NCBI GenBank assembly: GCA_038087875.1
Contig: CM075988.1
Location: 11,472,001-11,536,000, forward strand
DNA length: 64,000 bases
Direction: 5' to 3'
Source: Malacoraja senta
Lineage: Eukaryota
Shown: positions 12,435 to 26,703 of the stretch, piece after piece
Numbering within the stretch: position 1 is the stretch's first letter
Layout of the letters: every line of letters begins with the position of its first letter
The notes under the pieces: generated by a model
The model's input: only the letters and a program-made list of their open reading frames with translations
What the model was told of the DNA's origin: nothing
Databases searched by the model: none
Translations under genes and position numbers: made by a program

Positions 12435-12570
12435 TGGGTGTCAGGGGTTATGGGGAGAAGTCAGGAGAATTGGGTTGAGAGGGAAAGATAGATCAGCCAT
12501 GATTGAATGGTGTAGACTTGAGGGGCCGCATAGCCTAATTCTGCTCCTATAACGTATGAACATATGAACT
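12435..12570 (+). mobile_element. CR1 3' end fragment
   Basis: ggggttatggggagaag...gatcagccatgattgaatgg...gggccgcatagcctaattctgctcctat with tatgaa-type tail. Confidence 0.75.
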
Positions 12571-13134
12571 CCCAAATAACAGTGAGTAATTGAGCAATGA
12601 TAGAAGGCAACTCTGCACTATTTTCTCAATGACTATAACCATGGACAATAGTGCTGGTGATGTTCACATTGCATGCATGAATAAATATTTGGTAAATGGA
12701 GCCCGTTGAAGACGCAGTCTCGCTTTGCAGCTTCCAGGAATTGCTTTCTAAGCTCCCATCTATTCAATTGTATCAGCAAAGTCATTAATGACCTGCTCTC
12801 CGCTAACCCTCCCATCCACCAGCCCTTCAACATCCTTCATTGAAATCCAAATGTCTTCAATCAAATTGTCATAAATTATTCATTGAGGCATCATAGGACG
12901 ATCACTGTTTCTCATATAATATTCATTCCACTGCAAAATGAGGATGTAGAAAGGTTGTGAGTTTTTGCCTTGGGCCTTATGAATATCAAATAGTTCTGTC
13001 CTCTAAATCCTTGTAAAATTTGGAACAACAGTTGCGTAGAGGATTTGTTGCATAATCTAGTCAAAGACTTGTGTTCCAAGGGATTCGAAGTGTTCCTGTG
13101 CTGAATCCATCTCAGTCAAAATAACTAAACATTA

Positions 13135-13295
13135 TGTGTATGACGGAACAGCAGATGCTGGTTTAAACCAAAGATAGACACAAGATGCCGGAGTAACTCA
13201 GCGGGACAGGCAGCATCTCAACCCAAAACGTTACCCATTCCTTCTCTCCAGAGATGTTGCTTGTATGAGTTACTCCTGCATTTTGGTTCTATCTT
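13135..13295. mobile_element. Palindromic Penelope-LTR-derived insertion
   Basis: cagatgctggtttaaacc...ggagtaactcagcgggacaggcagcatc followed by inverted arm cccattccttctctccagagatg...gagttactcc. Confidence 0.7.
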
Positions 13296-14205
13296 TAATG
13301 AAACACCTTTCCTGTTTAAGAGGGGTGGAGTAGGTTAAGGAGAAATTCCGGGAGATTGGTCATTATTAAAATGTCAAACGTTGGCCTGGGAATTTGAATT
13401 TTCTTCTTGTTTTTCACCCTTTGTCCCGGACATTGCACAGCATACGTTGGAGAGGGAATCAGTGTTCTATTGTGCTGTTTTGCATGTAGTTCCTGTATCT
13501 CAGGTTCAAAGCACCAATTATACCATCAGGGTGACAAGTTTATTTTCACAATCAACTGCAAATATCACCTCTTTGTTTTGTGAGTAACACATTGTCAAAT
13601 TAATGGCAGAGGAAAGTATTTATTTTCTCTATGATCCGCATAGTCATTGAATACAACTCTCTTCAACAAAGCCAGCTTCAATTAAGCATATCATTACAGT
13701 AAATAAACCATAGGTGTACAACATAAGAAAACAGAATTGGAAGCAAATAAAGAGCTTTATATAGATAACATAACTTGGACCAAAGTACCATGATGCTTCC
13801 TTCACCCTTATGTAAATCTGTTTTTGGCACCTGAATATTGCTTATATCTAGAGACAGTCTCTGAGAACTTCACACTTTTAAGTGAATGACTTTTCAATGG
13901 TGCAATGATCAATGTGATTTTTTAACCTCTTCTTTCTAATTTATCTCATTTTCTCTACACATATATCTCCACCCTCATTTCTTGTGAGCTCTTACCTTTA
14001 TTCCATTTCTTGATTTAATCTGTTCTTTCTGAGACTGAATTTATTCATCTTCAGCAGCCTTCTTCTCTCCTACCTCTTTCACTGATGCCCCGACCTTTGT
14101 GAATAGATGATCTCATATGGTGCTGTAAATTAAATTGAAAATGGAATCAGTTGAAAAAATGCCAGCAGAATTAGAGCAATGCCTCAGAAAAAATCCCAAC
14201 AAAAT

Positions 14206-14497
14206 GTGTTGCAGCTGGTGGAGCTACAGCTGCTTAGCGGCCGAGACACAGGTTCGATCCTGATCTTGGGTGCTGTCTGTGTGGAGTTTGCACGTCCTTC
14301 CTGTGAATGTATTGATTTCCTCTGGGTGCTCTTGTTTCCACCCACATCCCAAAGACGTTTGGGTCTGTAGGTTAATTGACCTCTGTAAATTGCCCTTCAT
14401 GTGTAGCGGGTGTATGCGACAGTAGGGTAACATAGAAGTATTATGCTGTTCTACACAAATGGTCAGTGTGGACTTGGTGGGCTGGATGGCCTGATTT
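14206..14497 (+). mobile_element. tRNA-derived SINE (HE1/V-SINE type)
   Basis: B-box ggttcgatcc; central gtggagtttgcacgt...cccacatcccaaagacgt; CR1-like tail ggtgggctggatggcctg. Confidence 0.8.
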
Positions 14498-15711
14498 GTC
14501 ACAACATCTTTCTGGAAAAAAAATCAAAAATGCTGCAGAATATGTATTGTATTTTTATCCCATCATTCCTCCTGCCCTCCTGTTCTTGTCAAGCCTAGTG
14601 TTACCTCTTTATCTTTAGCCATGCTTTACTAGTCACAACAGCTCATCACTATCCCCATAGTTACAACTCTCAATGGTCATAATGTAATATTAATCCAGTT
14701 GCATTCATTATTAACAGTAGCAAGAGAGTTCAAATGCCACATAGGGAAATGTGCTTTAAGAAAGGACTAATTTACCATTTGAACTTAAAACATCTATCAC
14801 CAATAATTTAAGTTAAACTATAATTTTATTTCAATCCTATGTTATATAACATATTAATTTGGTATTGTTGGAAGATGTGTCTTGATTTGTTTATTTTAAT
14901 TTTTTGTGTGATTAATATCAAATCATAACCAGAGAACCACAAATAAGGTGAGCAGAGCTAAAGCTCGATTTATAAACCTGGTTAATATAAATCCAGTTAA
15001 CACATACGATGTTTTTCAACATTCATTTTTATTCATCAGATCTTATACCACCTCATGGTTCAGCTTTTTTTTTTGCCTCAAAATACCTCATACGCCTCTT
15101 CTCCAAAATGTCTTCATTCAAGGAGAAGTTTTTTTGATGGAAATATTTAATAAGGAGATTGAAAATTATGAGAATTTTCTGACAGAAAATTTGGCGAGAG
15201 ATTATTCGCACTGACGCTGGAAAAGGAGAACAATAATAATTGTGGGCAAGGCAAGCAAAGGAGATCTTTATCATATATAAAGCCAGCATATGGCTGTGAT
15301 GTAGAATAAGCTGCCTTGTTTGAAATAATATTTCAGAGTTCTCCCTCTGCCTTTCTATCATATTTGATGTCTTTATGTCACACCTTAAATCTTACCTCTC
15401 TAACTAGCCTTTTTTCTCTTCTCTCTTTCTATGTCAAATTATGTTTGTAAATGTTCTGGTAAACATCATATTGGGGGATTTAATGGGAGAAAGCTAAATA
15501 TCAGGATTGCAATGAAGATCTTCTATTAATTTACAAACAGTTCTGTGGAGCACATTCCCTGCTTTCATCCAGTTTAGCATTTGCTTGTGAGTTTCATGCG
15601 ATATTTGTGCCAACATCATAGACATGCCAAAACTGCACAGATATAAACATGTTCTTCTTCATTCTGTGCTTCCCTGTGTTGACTCTAAGACCATATTCAA
15701 CAATGACGATC

Positions 15712-15922
15712 ACTTCAGATAGCCCTTGCTTTTTCTCTCTCTATCCCCTTCCCCATCCCAGTTCTCCCACTAGTCTTATTGTCTCCGCCTACATTCTATC
15801 ATTGTCCTGCCCCTCCCCTGACATCAGTCTGAAGAAGGGTCTCGACTCTAAACGTCACCCATTGCTTCTCTCCAGATATGCTGCCTCACCCGCTGAGTTA
15901 CTCCGACATTTTGTGTCTACCT
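15712..15922 (+). mobile_element. Penelope LTR fragment with degenerate hammerhead core
   Basis: Pyrimidine-rich 3'UTR, then cagtctgaagaagggtctcgactctaaacgtcaccc...ctgagttactcc. Confidence 0.75.
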
Positions 15923-16494
15923 TCAACAATAACAATCATTTTATAACCTCCAAACTGTGGAATCTTTTTAATTCTGCAGTATATGTCCCTTTCTTGAAAC
16001 AGAACTTTAATAAAAGTAAAATGTTGAAAATACTCAGTAGGTCTGACAATTCTGTGGAGAGACAATTAATATTACTAGTTGGGAGTTAGATAACCTTCCA
16101 TATGAATATTTCACTCTCAATGCAAATTGTTGATTGGTATTGTCTGCTTTTCTCATTGGCAATTCTGAAATATATCTGTCTAAGTTTCTGTATGTGTAGA
16201 AGTTCCAGGCCTTTGACCAGATTTGGAAGGATTACTCTGTTTGTCAGTTCACGCTGTGCTGTATTCTTCGATCAGTGCAGTTTTGCACCTCTCAGATGTT
16301 GCCTGGCAAGTTAGACCTGGCACCAGATCTGTGATCCAATTCACTTCAATGAGCATGAAAGGGTTGTCAAAGTGCCTTTTAATATTTTTTTTGATTATTT
16401 TGCTTGGCATTACTTTTTTTTAATGATTTCACTTTAATTTCATGAATCTTTTTAAATGTAGCTTGCTTTGAGATAACTATTTCAGTTATCTTAT

Positions 16495-17045
16495 TTTTAC
16501 CAAGAGGGTAGAGTGGTGGGTGTATGGAACGACCTGCCGGAGAAGGTAGTTGAGGCAGGGACTATCGCAACGTTTAAGAAAAATTTAGACAGATATATGG
16601 ATAGGACAGGTTTAAAGGGATATGGGCCAAATGTGGGCAGGTTTAATTTAGAGATACGGTGTGGAAATAAGCCCTTCAGCCCAACCGAGACTGCACCGAC
16701 CAGCGATCCCTACACATTAACACTATTGCACACACACGAATGACAACTTACACTTATACCGAGCCAATTAACCTACACACCTACACGTCTTTGGAATGTT
16801 GGAGGAAACCAAAGATCTCGGAGAAAACCCATGCAGGTCACAAGGAGGATGTATAAACTCCATAAAACAGCACCCATATTTGTGATCGAACCCAGATCTC
16901 TGGGCCTGCAAGCGCTGTAAGGCAACAACTCCACCGCTGCGCCACCATGCTGTCCTAGGTGGGACTAGTGTACATGGGACATGTTTGCCGGTGTAGGCAA
17001 GCTGAACTGAAGGGCCTGTTTCCACGCTGTAAGACTCTATGACTA
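16495..17045 (+). mobile_element. CR1 3' fragment split by a SINE
   Basis: VVGVWNDLPEKVVEAGTIATFKKNLDRYMDRTGLKGYG; 3'UTR resumes at ~16956 (gaagggcctgtttccacgctgtaagactctatgact). Confidence 0.8.
16641..16955 (-). mobile_element. HE1/V-SINE-type SINE nested in CR1
   Basis: Reverse-strand head ggacagcatggtggcgcagcggtggagttg...gggttcgatc; tail ctctaaattaaac. Confidence 0.85.
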
Positions 17046-20000
17046 AATATTTCCTTCAAATTTTATTTTTTTCAGGTTAGTGTACCAAATTTAAACAGCT
17101 TTAACAGGTGCCTGCTCTTTTGTGGCATTTTAGGACAACTTTCTCAGTAGACTGCCAGGGATCATGTCACAATCCAGACCATATTTCTGAAATCTGAACG
17201 CTTTGAGCTAGAAAATTGAGGTTTGATCTGCAGAACAGGCAGGTGCTGTGAAGGGTGGTCTCTAAATTAGAGGGTGAGTCTAGCATTACCTGAGCCCATC
17301 AAAATATTGATCCATCAGACTTGTCTTTGCTATTTCTCAGAGAGATCTAAGTGAGAGCAAATATTCTCTGAAATAAATCATCCTTGTACTGCCTCAACAC
17401 TATTTTTGTCTCCGATACAGAAGCAAAACATTCCCACCTCCACAACTTTGCTTCTATCATATTTCCTTTTTTACTACAGCTCTCCATTAGCGGAGTGAGG
17501 CTCACAAATTACAGTACAGTCGCATTCTACAGTTAAAAACACATCAGAAATCTGGTAAAAGGAGCAGAAGAAACACAAGAATAGAATAGAAAATAAAACA
17601 GAGGTGTTAGACATAGGGCACAGTGAGCAGTAATTAACTTTTCATTCAACTTATGCAGCCCAAATAACCCTGGAAGTGTGTTGACATTTGTTTACATTGT
17701 ATTTAAAGAGCTGCATCAATAATTGTAGCCTCGAGATGTTTGGAACGAAAAGGCTGGCTTGGAGTGCAGAGCTACCAAATCATTACTGTGTCACTGGAGG
17801 TCTTTAATGATGTCAAAGATAACCACTAAAAGGATAGCTACTCGCCAGAGATTGAGGAAGTTTGAATCATTTAGATTTTTGTCCGAACGTTTCGCATTAA
17901 GTACATATGGACATTGTAAATGAATGGTATTGGGTATGCTCATGGTCAAAACATCTCAGACATGTTTGGAGTAATTTTCAGTTTTCCTGTGAATTGAGTG
18001 AAAATCATGTCAGTTCCGCAGCAGGTTATTGTACACTCTGTTGAATTGATGACCAATAAAGGGCTGGTTAAAATCCATCCCTCTGTATTCTGCGACTTCA
18101 TGAATATGTAGGAACTTGATCTGAAATATGTTTGAAGCTGACATTATGAGTAAACAACAAAAGATTGAAGTATGTTCAAACTATGTTAGGTTGTTTGCAA
18201 AGAAAGGCTATGTGCTCACTATCTGAACAACTGCCAGAGCTTCAGGGCAAGCAGGAGACTATAATTAGAGCCAGGAGCAATAATTGCTGGCATGTTACAG
18301 GAGCATCTACAGTACATGAAATACAAACTATTACAGATCACCGCTTGTTAGGTCCGGGGATTAAAATTGATCTAAAATGCAATTTTCTCTCTGATTGCAC
18401 AGGCTTAAAAAATAGTTAATAGTATTAAATTTAATCTCACATGAGATTAGATATATGCATGTAACTGTGTGTGTGTGTGTGCATGCTTATGCATCCATCA
18501 TACATGTGTGCATTTATTTTGGTACATGGAAATATTTATCTTTCCCTCGATTACAACGTTTTGCTGGTTCTGTTCTAGCTTCTTTACTTCTCAAGGAAGC
18601 TGCAATCAATTTGTTGTTTTACTCAATCTTATTGTGTTATTTTACTAGTGTATGTGCATTCTATTCCTCTTCCAAAATTCAATTTCAGATTGGAACAAAC
18701 AACAACTACTATATAGTGCCTGATACAGGAAGCATTTCTCGTATTGGGCTGTTGGTGGGTACAGATTTGTGGACAACTTCATGTTTCCAACTACATGGGG
18801 CATGGACCTCGTGGGCTGAAGGGCCTGTTTCAATGCAGTATAGCTATGACTGGCAATACAAACAGCAGTCTGACTCAACTGGTAACATACTCCCCTCTGA
18901 ATCAGAATACTTTAGTTTCAAATTCGGGCACAGAGTTTTAATGCATAAATTGGGACAACAGTTTGGTGCAGTTCTAATGGGATACTTCTTATGATATATT
19001 TAGTGGCGACTCAAGGAACTGCAGATGCTGGAATGTTGAGCAAACTACAAAAAGCCTGAGGAACACTGCGGAGGAAATTGATTGGTGGTGTTTTGGGGCG
19101 GGACCCTTCTTCAAAGGTCCTAACCCTTTTTGAAGAAAGGTTCCAAGCCAAATCTTCACCTGTCCATTTCCTCCACAGGTGTTACCTGATCCACTGTGTT
19201 CCTTCAGTACTTTTTGATTTGATGTTGACTTCTACGTAGAAGTCTGCATAGAATAGCTAGCCGCAAGCTCTTTGTTCTAAGACAATATGTATGCACAATC
19301 AAAATAAATAATATTTTCATTGATGTGCATTAAATCCTCCTCAGGTCATAGTTTGAAATGACTTCTTGTACTCAGAGATGTACTTGATCTTGGATTGTAT
19401 TATTAGGTGTGATAAAGTGCTATTTTTTACTTTACTATGGTTAGAAATGTATCTTAGGCCCCCTTCGGTCATGGCTGACCATGGGTGTCTCCAGGGTTGG
19501 AGGATGCCAGTGCGTGACTTTGTTTAACGTGGGGAAACTGGTGCACAGACACCCACCACACGGTCCTTGATAGGTCTGGGTCAGGATCCAGTGGCATGGA
19601 GTCCAAGACGACCGGAGACCATTTTCTGCTGCAGCCTTCATCTGCCTTCCCAGCCATTGTGACGCTCCACTAAGGTCAGCCAACATCCTCCACCTGTTCC
19701 ACCGTTGAGGTTTTGGTTGGATTTCTCATTGTCAGAGTCCTCCCCCTCGACCTTACCGCCATGGGTGGCCCTACCAGGAGCATAGCTGCAGACGGCATCG
19801 CTCTCAGGATCTCAGGACCACACCAGCTTCTCCACCACGACAAGGTGACAATCCATGGAGAAGTTAGAAGGTTGCTGAAATTCAACACTTTTTTCTTCTT
19901 CTTTGTATTATGTATATATGGAAAACCATCCTAGTTAAACTACATTCTGTTTCGATGCCCAATGTCTCTGGCAAACATTGACCCATCTTGAACAGTTGAC

Positions 20001-23000
20001 TTCCGAGCCTGCACGGTGGCATCCCTGCCGGCCAGGAATGTCACGGGCGTGCACGCATGGGGTAGATTGGGAACACCGTTCAATCAGAGGACGGTGACGT
20101 GGGACTCGTGCGGGTGGCGTTTCGGGTCGAGACCCTTCTTCAATCAGATGTCTGGGGCGTGGGAGATCCATAGATAAGGAAGTGTATGGTGTGAAAATAG
20201 AACAAAGGCAATGGGGATCAAGGACAATGTAGAATAGAGCATTGTTAGCGTGGGGAAGCTAACAGTGCTATTTTTAGAAGCTAACAGATAAAATGTAGTC
20301 AGGGACAGTATGACTGTTCGGAGAACTGGGAAGGGGAGGGATGGAGAGAGGGAAAGTAATGGTTACTTGAAGTTTGAGGTCAATGTTCGCAGTGTAAGCA
20401 GCCCAGGCAAAATATGAGGTGCTGTTCCTCCAATTTGCACAGGGCCTCATTCTGATAATGGAGGAGGCCCAGGACAGAAATGTCAGTGTGGGAATGGGAG
20501 GGGGAGTTAAAGTGTTTGGGTGATGTACCATGTTCGAAGATAGTTAGTAAATAACTGTTAAATTACATAATTGTTGTTATTGTTCTGGGCAATACATAAT
20601 AGATATCAGGGTTGAAGCCCCAGCCATTTTGCTTTCTTAGCCTTAGTGTTAAGTGGAATAGATGTGTTAAGCCAAATGAACTGTTTCTGTACATAAATAG
20701 TATGTATCATGTATTGCATTTATAACACTTATGTACCAGCATCTTCTTGCAAGCAATAACATCTATTATTCATCCCTTGCTCCATTTCATTTCCGAGGGG
20801 CACACAATTTGTACCTCTTAATGAGCCTGAAATGATTTATAATTGAACATAACAAGAGAGGAATTGAGATGTCAGATTACAAGAAAAGGAGGGTGTGAAC
20901 AATAGTCTCAGTGCAAGTCAGGAATGGCCATTGTAACAAATTACTTTGGTGGGGATGCCTGACAAAAGCAATCAGACATTTGGCAATGTTATGAGCTCTG
21001 TGTTTCATTAAGAAATGAGCTAACTTTGCCATATGTGAAATGAAATAGGATGGCCCAGTTTGAAACCAGCTAATATAAATCCCAAAGGGTTTGCTGCTTA
21101 TTTCTCAAATGAGCAAAAATTGATTGTTAGCTAGGAATATTCTATGAATCTGGACTCATTTCAAGCTGTCATTGAAATGTCCTGCAGTGCTGTGTGAGGG
21201 TTGACGAGAGCAGACAATATGGGGGAAAAAACTGATCTAACAAAATGTATTTTCTCTTTAGTGCGCACTGGCATCTCCCTTCAATTCTCCCCCTGGGAGT
21301 CTCTGCCTTACATTTCCTCCGTAGCCAAGCTCAAGGCAGGAAATAGCCAAGTGGGAGACCTCTTTTTAGAAGCTTACCACCCTGATAATTGTGAAGAATT
21401 GAGATGGAGATTAATGTACTGCTGCCTCAACCTTTGGATCATTATGAAGCACTTCTTCATGTCCTGCCTTTTTCTGCAAAGTGCTGGATGGAAATCAGCA
21501 GGTCAGGCATATCTTTGAAATTAATGGGCAGGTGACATTTCGGGTCGGCGTCTTTCTTCAGTGCTGACCAGAAACATCGCCTGTCCATTTCTTCTAAAAG
21601 TGCTGCCTGATCTGCTGATTTCCTCCAGAACTTAGTGTTTGGCTCAAGATTTCAGCAACTACAGTTCCTTGTGACATTGTTTCTCCAAAGCTTTGCTTTG
21701 TGGCCAACCATTAACTCAATGATATTGACAGCAGTTGAGTGGAATTGATACAAAAGTAAGTGAGGTTCATTGTGCTTATATACTGCAGTACTAACTCAAG
21801 TATCATGACATCTGCCCTAATCCAGTTCTTATTTAATCATTGACAGGTTTGCATGGTAGCTTCCATAATAGTTAGCTCTGCCATTTTAGAGGGCACATGA
21901 ATCAATTTATAGTCACATATTTGCTAGAGCAAATTTCCTTCCCCAAAAGGTGTTATTGACAATCTTTTTTGACATTGGTCAATATTATACATGTAAGCTT
22001 TTATTCTATTTTTTTTAGTTATTTGAAGTAAAATTGCATTACTTCCAAGGCAGGATTTAAACTCATGCCTTAGATCATCACTCGGGGGCCTTAAATGCTA
22101 ACTTAAGTAGTGTAGAGGGATGATGACCTTGCACCCAAGGTGTGATAAACCTCGGAAAGTGCACTCTTCAAGTGCGCTAAATAACCACTGCGCTACTCTA
22201 CTCAAGTCTGAAAACACCAGTGAGTGAGCAGAAAGCAGATTTAAAGCTCTGCTCCTTCAGAGGAGGCTGACATTGGAAACATGCTCCTGTCATTTGATCC
22301 ACATGGTAACTGCAATCAGGTCAACTGGTACCTGGCCCAGTTCACAGCAGGCCTGAGAGGATGCAGAGCCTGAAATGTTAGGATGGGTTCCCACACACAG
22401 AATAACCTGAGCAATTAAAGAATATTTAGACAATGTGCAAAATGACCTGTATATCATGTAAACATTTCCCAAAAACATCATAAACAAGCGAGTATTATTT
22501 GCAATAGAAAGAAATGTGGAATCAGTTCCTTCACTGAACTCACTGGGTCATATTCATTACAATACCTGAAGTGGATAAATCTCTTCAGCTATTATTATAA
22601 TATATGTCAAAGACTAGAAAACATAGGTTTAAAGTGAGAGGGGCAAGGTTTAAAGGAGATGTATGTGCCAGGGTCGCTGAAATTGTATTGAAATGTATCA
22701 CATGTTACATGGAGTCAGAAAGGTCAGGTGACACATGTTGGTGGGAAAACTGATGGGGGCACAAAACAGCATGTTTGTATTCAGTGGTGTTGAATGTGTA
22801 TTTATTATAATTGGATCAAGGTGAGGATCTGACAATGACGACGAGGATGGGATTTGAACCCACATGGAACAAGTTTTTTTTACACAGAGAGTGGCGGGTG
22901 CCAGGAGTGGTGGTGAGGCAGGTACAATATACAATTCATCTGCTGGCAATTGAATCTATCACATGTAGGCAGAGGAAATTAGTTTAACTTGGCATCATGT

Positions 23001-24860
23001 TCGGCATGGACATTGTGGGTTGAAGGGCGTGTTACTGTGCTGTACTGTTCGATGGTAGACTCAAAATCCTGGAGTAACTCAGCAGGACGGGCAGTATCTC
23101 TGGAGAGAACCCATTCCTTCTCTCCAGAGATGCTGCCTGTCCCGCCGAGTTACTCCAGCATTTTGTGTCTACCTTTGATTTAAACCAGCATCTGCAGTTC
23201 TTTCCTACACTGTACTGGTCTATGTTCTGCTATCATCATCTATCACTGATCTGAAGTATTTATTTTCCAGCTCTCTTCAAAGTGAGCATCCAGTATTTTG
23301 AATCAAAACATTAGATACAATTCAGAAAGATAAAATTCAGGCTGTAATATTTGAAATTATCAAATCATTTGAAATGAGAAGTTTTTAACTAAATGATGTA
23401 AGCTGTGCATCTCTGTTCACTGATGCCCTGAGCAATGCCTGGATGGGCACAAGGGGGCAGCACATGAAATGGGCCGTGGATGAGAAAGGCCAAACCATTG
23501 ATCCCGACCAGCTCACTGTTTCCAGTGAGTGATGCAACTGCCTAACAAATCTGACCCTTCAGAGCCTCCAGCTAGTTTTAAATTGAAACCTTGATTTATA
23601 GGGTGTCAGAGGAGTGAAGGAAATGCCAGTAATGGACTGATTTCTGCTGAACGCTGTATCAGCTCAACCATGGCAATGCTTGAATTGATTAGAAGCAGCT
23701 GCAGGGATTTTAGAAGAGGGAGTAGGAAATGACGGTCACTCTATTAACAAGCTAATTGTTTTCTCCTTTCAGTTTTCCCCTTTGCAAACCTGCCACCTTC
23801 TTCCTCTCTCGCGGAAACATCATTGTCGGATGCTTAATATTTCACATTGGCAAACATGGTAAACAAGGCAATGGGATAGTTGCCGGGTGCTGTGGATAAT
23901 CAGGAGCTAATGGGTGATATTGAATCCAGTTTGAACTGCTAGCAAAGGAAGATCAAGGTGGAGAGCCTGTTGTTCTGAGGTACTGGGAAAATGTGATCAG
24001 AAAGGAAAATATGGTGTGTTCATTTAAATAGAGTTGGACTCCCAATGTTTGTTTTCTTTCATTATTGCAACAGTTTCTGTTTGAATCTTCCCACTTCAAT
24101 TATAATATAAATTCTGGAGTTCCAGCACATGCAAGCACCTTGGTAACAACTTCTGATCAATTCCTCTGTTGCAGTTTCATTTGCTACATCAGGCACATTC
24201 CTTTACACTAGCTATTAAACATTCTCATTAACAAAATAATGCAATTAGTAATTACGGTTCAACACCCATTTTTGCCTCTAAGCTGAGTTGAAAATATCGA
24301 AAATGCACATGAGTATTCTACAGAATGTTTTTCTGACAGCAGAGTTCAAACAGCAGGTTTCAATGCATTGTTTTAGGATGTGCACATCTGCAGTTTGCTC
24401 CTACAAATGGATATCAATCAGTTGCTGTGCTCAGCTATGTTACTCTTCAAGTGAGCTTTCTTTAATCAACTAGGATCTGGAAACTTGCAATGTTGGAGGA
24501 AAGTATTGTGCACATCTCTCATTTTATTTACACACCCTGCCCGAGGTGAGATAAACTCAATGTCAGAATTATTTTGCTACTAATGGGCAGAAGCGTGTGT
24601 GGAGAAAGCCTTTCCTCCCATTTCCTCCCTCATTCCATTGCCTTTCTTCTTGAGGAAGAGTCAACTGTAAGGAATTACTGACCTGAAATGTATGATCGCA
24701 TTTGATTCATAAAGTGCAAGTTGAAACAGCCTGAAAGACCACAACATCCTTTTCAAAGCCAGCCTCAGAAAAGTCACAAACCACTTCTTTGGATCGGAGC
24801 ATCACAGAGCAAATAAGGAAGCCATTTGGCCCATCAATTCGTCATACATGATTTACCTTT

Positions 24861-26109
24861 CAGCATGGATTTACGAAAGGTAAATCATGTCTGACGAATC
24901 TTATAGAATTTTTCGAGGATGTAACTAGTAGAGTGGATAGGGGAGAACCAGTGGATGTGTTGTATCTGGACTTTCAGAAGGCTTTCGACAAGGTACCACA
25001 TAAGAGATTAGTATACAAACTTAAAGCACACGGTATTGGGGGTTCAGTATTGATGTGGATAGAGAACTGGCTGGCAAACAGGAAGCAAAGAGTAGGAGTA
25101 AACGGGTCCTTTTCACAATGGCATATTAATGAACTGGATGAGGGAATTGAAGGCAACATCTCCAAGTTTGCGGATGACACTAAGCTGGGGGGCAGTGTTA
25201 GCTGTGAGGAGGATGCTAGGAGACTGCAAGGTGACTTGGATAGGCTGGGTGAGTGGGCAAATGTTTGGCAGATGCAGTATAATGTGGATACATGTGAGGT
25301 TATCCACTTTAGTGGCAAAAACAGGAAAGCAGACTATTATCTAAATGGTGGCCGATTAGGAAATGGGGAGATGCAGCGAGACCTAGGTGTCATGGTACAC
25401 CAGTCATTGAAAGTAGGCATGCAGGTGCAGCAGGCAGTGAAGAAAGCGAATGGTATGTTAGCTTTCATAGCAAAAGGATTTGAGTATAGGAGCAGGGAGG
25501 TTCTACTGCAGTTGTACAGGGTCTTGGTGAGACCACACCTGGAGTATTGCGTACAGTTTTGGTCTCCAAATCTGAGGAAGGACATTATAGCCATAGAGGG
25601 AGTGCAGAGAAGGTTCAACAGACTGATTCCTGGGATGTCAGGACTTTCATATGAAGAAAGACTGGATAGACTTGGCTTATACTCACTAGAATTTAGGAGG
25701 TTGAGAGGGGATCTTATAGAAACGTACAAAATTCTTATGGGGTTGGACAGGCTAGATGCAGGAAGATTGTTCCCGATGTTGGGGAAGTCCAGGACAAGGG
25801 GTCACAGCTTAAGGATAAGGGGGAAATCCTTTAAGACCGAGATGAGGAAAAACTTTTTCACACAGAGAGTGGTGAATCTCTGGAACTCTCTGCCACAGAG
25901 GGTAGTTGAGGCCAGTTCATTGGCTATATTTAAGAGGGAGTTAGATGTGGCCCTTGTGGCTAAGGGGATCAGGGGGTATGGAGAGAAGGCAGGTACGGGA
26001 TACTGAGTTGGATGATCAGCCATGATCATATTGAATGGCGATGCAGGCTCGAAGGGCCAAATGGCCTACTCCTGCACCTATTTTCTATGTATCTATCTAT
26101 CTATGTATC
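24861..26109 (+). mobile_element. Duplicate copy of the CR1 LINE at 7394-8642
   Basis: Identical 357-aa ORF at 24933-26006. Confidence 0.95.
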
Positions 26110-26703
26110 AACTATGTGCTGGCTCATTATGAGAATTGTCCAATCAATGCCATTTATTTTTCATATTTATATTCAATTCCCTTTGAAAGATGCTTCTGAA
26201 GCAACTCCACTTTTTTCACACAGGGTGTTTCTGCCTACTGGGAATGGCAAAATAGAGACACTTCACATCTGTAGTCATTTGGTATGGTTGTGAGTTATCT
26301 TATTTCTGGAGACATGAGACTGCAGATGCTGGAATCCTGATCAAAACACAAAGCGCTTGAGGAACTGATTGGGTCAGGCAGCACCTTGGAAAAGAATGGT
26401 TAGGTAACATTTTGGGCCATGTCCGATGAAAGTCCCAGCCTGGAACATTTCTTGAACTTCTTTCCAGGTCTGTTTGTTATCAATCCTACCAGAGCAAACT
26501 GTTTTGTTTCCAATTACCATCTGGATAATGTGGACAAATTCATTTATGAGACAATGAGATCAATTTGGACAACAGTGAAAGAGTACACAAAGTGCTGGAG
26601 TAACTCAGCGAGTCAGGAAACATCTCCGGAGAGCATAGATAGGTGACATTCTGGATCGGGACCCTTCTTCAGAGTCTTAAGAAGGGTCCCGACCTAAAAC
26701 GTG

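Noticed and set aside
14206..14280. tRNA-like A/B boxes as tRNA genes (also at the other SINE heads)
   Set aside because: They continue into SINE core and LINE-derived tails; no complete cloverleaf.
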